The translations under genes and the position numbers were made by a program. Of a stretch of DNA of 64,000 nt, positions 60,087 to 64,000 are shown piece by piece (position 1 is the first letter of the stretch; each line of letters opens with the position of its first letter). The stretch covers positions 6,835,779 to 6,899,778 of the forward strand of contig MU058198.1 in the NCBI GenBank assembly GCA_013265495.1, written 5' to 3'. Source of the DNA: Vicugna vicugna (lineage: Eukaryota). Below the pieces are notes generated by a model. The model was not told the origin of the DNA. It was given only the letters and a program-made list of their open reading frames with translations, and did no database searches.

Positions 60087-63000
60087 ATGAGCCCTCTGCT
60101 ATACTATGCCCTGCCCACCCTGGGCAGCTATGTCATGCTCTCCATCTTCTTCCTACGCCGGCCTCGCCTGCTGCACACCCCGTGGTTTCGAGCCTTCTGT
60201 CCCCGCCTGGGGGCCCACCGGGGAGGTGAGCTGGGCCAGGGTAGGAGGTGGGGTGGCTACTGAAGGTGGAGTGAGGATAGTGAGACAGGTGCCAGAGTGC
60301 ACAGCAGAAACAGTAGGTCCAAAGGGCGAGATGTTAAAAGGAGAGCAGAGATCAAGGTAGACAGAGAGCCGGATGATGGCAGAGCAGGATGTGGAACAAG
60401 GAAGAGGCCGTTCAACCTGGTCCAACGGGGTGAGGAGGCAGGGGGCCGTGGAGGGAAGGAGGGAGGCCAGGCCCCAGGAACCCACCCTAGCTGCCCTACA
60501 CAGGATCTGGAGAGCGCCTGGAGAACACCATGGAGGCCATGGAGAAGTGAGTCCACCTGCCCGGCCAAGTTGCCGGGTAAGGTTGTGCCAGCTGTGTGTG
60601 GCATGACACTAAAGGGTGCCATTTACCTTCTGGTCTGGGTGACCGGAGCCCCCGGGAGGTGTGCGGTGCACAGCCTGCACATCCGGCCTGAACTGCCCCA
60701 CGTTCCCCTGAAATGCCCCACCATCCTGCCGTCCGGCCCATCCCTATCTGTCCCCCATCCCCTCACTGATCTTCACTCCCATAGCTCCATGACCCAGAGA
60801 GCTGACCTCCTGGAGCTTGACTGCCAGCTGACTCGGGATGGCGTCGTGGTAGTGTCACACGACAAGAACCTGTCCCGCCAGTCTGGCGTGAACAGGGATA
60901 TTGGCAGCCTGGACTTTGAGGTGGGCCCTGCCCCAGCCCCTCACTGTATCCAGAGAGGCTCCATGCATCCACACGTGCCCCCTGGTGACATGCCCGTGCT
61001 CTCCCCAGGAGCTGCCCCTCCTCAAGGAAGAGCTGGAGGTTTACTTCTCACCAGGTGAGAGCACGGACTGTGAGCCCTGGGCTGAGCCAGCCCGAGGGAC
61101 CTCAACCTCCTGCCCTCTCTTCTCCTCTGGGACCCACCCCCTCCCCCTGGCTTCTTACCCCAATTCCACCAATCCTTCTCTGATCCCTCTTCCCACAACT
61201 CCCCAGGCCACTTCACACATGGGTCAGACCGGCACATGGTGCGTCTGGAGGACGTGTTCCGGAGGTTTCCGAGGACGCCCATTAGCGTGGAAATCAAAGA
61301 GGAAAATGAAGAGCTCATTTACAAGGTGGTGCTGCAGGCAGGGGTAGGTGAGGAGGGCCCAGGGTTGGACAGAGGCCTGACTCCCCCTGTCCCCCTCATC
61401 TCTTCCCTCTCCCAGACAGCAGACCTGGTGAGGAACTTTGACCGCAATGAAATCACCATCTGGGCCTCAGGGAAGAGCTCAATTATGAAGAAGTGCAAGG
61501 CTGCTGTGAGTCCCTTTTTCCCTCCCGGCTTCAGCGGCCCTTCCTCCCAGGAGGAGGGACCTAGGCCAGAGGGGTCTAGAGCTTCTGGAGGAGCCCTGAG
61601 CAGGGTCTCCAAGAGTGAGATTTGGAGACGGGCCTGGCTCAGAACATGTATGAGCTAAGGCAGGCCAGAGGGACAGGGAGGGCGCTCTTGGCCTGGAACC
61701 CCTGGGCTAAGATGTAGCTTTGATCCTGCAGGTGGTAGGGTTTCCTGAATGTTCAAAACTGTGTCCCCTGCAGCCCAAGCCTCCTCTGTGCTCCCCCAGG
61801 AGCAGACTGATCCCCCTTCTCACTTCCCCTTGCCTCCCAGAACCCTGAGATGCCCACCTCCCTCACATTAAGCCGAGGACTCTGGGTGCTGCTGCTCTAT
61901 TACCTGGGGCTGCTGCCCTTCATCTCCATCCCCGAGAAGTTCCTCATCTGCTTCCTGCCCACCATCATCAACAGGTACCCACAGGGTCCCCGCCTTCCTC
62001 CCTCATCCTCTTCCTTTTCTTACCTCAGAAAAACACCCCCCCTCCAAACTCCATTGTGCAGGGTCTGGTCTAGAGCAGGAGAGCCAGTGTCTCCAGCTCC
62101 CTGGCTTCCCTTGAGGATAACCCGCAGGGTCCTTTGAAGACAGCGGTTCTCACCTAGCATTCATGAGTACTAAGGGGGCCATGAACCCCCTGAAAGTCCA
62201 TGCAAATGCGTGTTGATGCAGTTGGAGTTTTAGGACAAAAAGTTTATTTGTTCATCCAGTCCTCCAACAAATATTTATTGAAACTCTGTTTTAGGTGCAC
62301 TTACTTGTAATTAAGACCAGTGTGGGTAGGGTAAGGACTTCCCTGAGCTTACAGTCTGGGTGGGGAGACAGATATTGATTAATTATAGCATAACTCTCTG
62401 ATTCTCAAGCAGAAAAGCGAGGATTTTCCTGCTGGGAGACAAGAATTAACAAAGTAACAGCTAGGCAGAGTATCAGGAATTTGGATACTTCGTCAGCTCT
62501 CAGGCCAGGGCCCTCCCTTTGCCTTCTGAGACCTTCTCAGTGGCAGCCCCAGTGCTCTCTGCTCCCCTCTGTTGTCCTGAGGGAAGCTCCCCACCAACCC
62601 CAACCATCACTTGCTACAAAGAGATCATTATACTACAGAACTTAGGGTACATAACTTTTTATACAGGGCTTGCAAAATGTTTTCACATCCTCGGTTTTTT
62701 TGAGCTTTACCTTGCAGCACCTGCAGGAGATACAGGAATCATGACTCCCTACCATAGTACCCATGGAGAAGCTGAAGCTCAGAGAGTTTCTGTAATTTGC
62801 CCAAGGTCACATAGCAGAGCCTGCCCTAGGACACTGTAAAAGCCTCCAAAGTCACCCCTAGAGTGGGACAGTTGGCCGACCCACTAAGTCTGTCTGGTCT
62901 CAGGAGGCTGATCAGGCCCAACCAGGAGAACCTCCAGATTGTGCATCCAGCTTAGGAGTCAAGCTGTATTCTGGTCCAGGCCCTGGCCCCACCATGGACT

Positions 63001-63468
63001 TGCTGTGTGACCTCGGGCAAGTCACTCTAGTTCTCCAAGGCTGTTTCTTCCTAGGTAAAATGGTGAGGAGGGCACCCTCAAAGCATGGAGTCAAGGATAT
63101 GGGAGCAGAAGTTCACTGAACAGTGGGTGAATTGTTCCTCTGGGCAACCGCAAGTGTTCATCTAGAGGGGGTGGAGTTACACTGGTCTAGGGGGTCATTC
63201 CTACCCCACCCCACCCCTGTGACAGAGAGGGACCCAAAGGGCTGATCATGACACCTCCTCTCCGCAGGACCTACTTCCCATTTCCCTGTTCTGGGCTGAA
63301 TCAGCTGGCAGCTGTGGTTTCCAAATGGTGAGGTGGGCAAGAAGGCGGGGTGGAGTGTCCCTTCCCTCCTCCTTAGTCCCATCGCATCACTGCCTTTGCT
63401 ACCCCACCCCCACCAGGCTCATCATGAGGAAAAGTCTGATCCAACACCTGGAGCAGCGAGGGGTACAG
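60087..63468 (+). CDS. GDPD3: Lysophospholipase D GDPD3 (GDE7); final exon lies beyond the window
   Basis: Exons 60087-60225, 60504-60546, 60785-60920, 61009-61054, 61207-61325, 61416-61505, 61841-61974, 63268-63327, 63417-63468 splice in frame. Translation MSPLLYYALPTLGSYVML...AHRGGSGERLENT...LELDCQLTRDGVVVVSHD...RGVQ. Confidence 0.95.
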
Positions 63469-63643
63469 GTGAGCAAGTGGGTTGTTCCTAGGGGGAGCCC
63501 AGCACAGCTCTGCTACTGACTGGCTGGGTCACTTGAGCAGGTCACCTTCTGAGTCTCAGTTTCCTTGTCTGTCAAATGGGGTAATGGTATATTTAACTCT
63601 TCTGGATATGCAACTGGTACTTAGTCAAGGCTTGATCAAGGCT

Positions 63644-63665
63644 GATGATGATGATGATGATGATG
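63644..63665. repeat. (GAT)n microsatellite in a GDPD3 intron
   Basis: About 7 GAT units. Confidence 0.9.
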
Positions 63666-64000
63666 TATCAAACCCTCCTGATTCCTGATGACGGGGGTTG
63701 GGAAGAGACCAGAGAAGGAAAAGACCAGCCCAGACCATCCCCTCCCTCTCCCCTGAGCATCAGCTCTGTTTAATTAGCAGACCTTTGTTGAGAACTAAGT
63801 GTTGAGAACACAGTTCCAGGCACTGTGCTCCCAGGGAAGGAGCAGGGAGCCTGTCATCAAGGGCAGAGGAGGAAAGGAAGCAGGCATCGCAGAGGCAGCC
63901 AGCAGACAGAAAGGAAACAGAGTGCTGCGGTCTGTGGGGTCAGTGAAGGCCTTCTGGAAGAAATGAGAAGCCCACTCGCAGGGAAGGGAAAGGGAGGGCA

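Noticed and set aside
60297..61058. 253-aa + strand ORF
   Set aside because: Intronic read-through that includes GDPD3 exon 3 in frame; explained by the spliced gene.

Overview
Mammalian genomic DNA syntenic with human 16p11.2. It is probably a camelid (inferred from tRNA-derived SINEs and artiodactyl-type L1 3' ends). Seven protein-coding genes can be rebuilt exon by exon with GT-AG boundaries: SGF29/CCDC101 (+, 5' part outside the window), SULT1A1 (-, 295 aa), SLX1A (-, 274 aa), BOLA2 (+, 86 aa), CORO1A (-, 461 aa), MAPK3/ERK1 (+, 379 aa, with a U12-type intron 2) and GDPD3 (+, last exon outside the window). Each occurs once, in the ancestral pre-duplication order. The 29-kb CORO1A-MAPK3 interval is rich in L1, L2, L3/CR1, MIR and MLT repeats. 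It also holds a chain of minus-strand exon-like segments with splice signals and stop-poor frames (about 32.3-52.3 kb), which may be a decayed, unannotated multi-exon gene divergent from MAPK3; this is inference and I could not name a homologue. A 0.9-kb patch at 34.4-35.3 kb carries four adjacent small retro-insertions: an mRNA 3'-end retrocopy, a tailless tRNA-Glu retrocopy, a SINE and a 5'/3'-fused mini-L1. All homology calls come from recalled sequences, not database searches.
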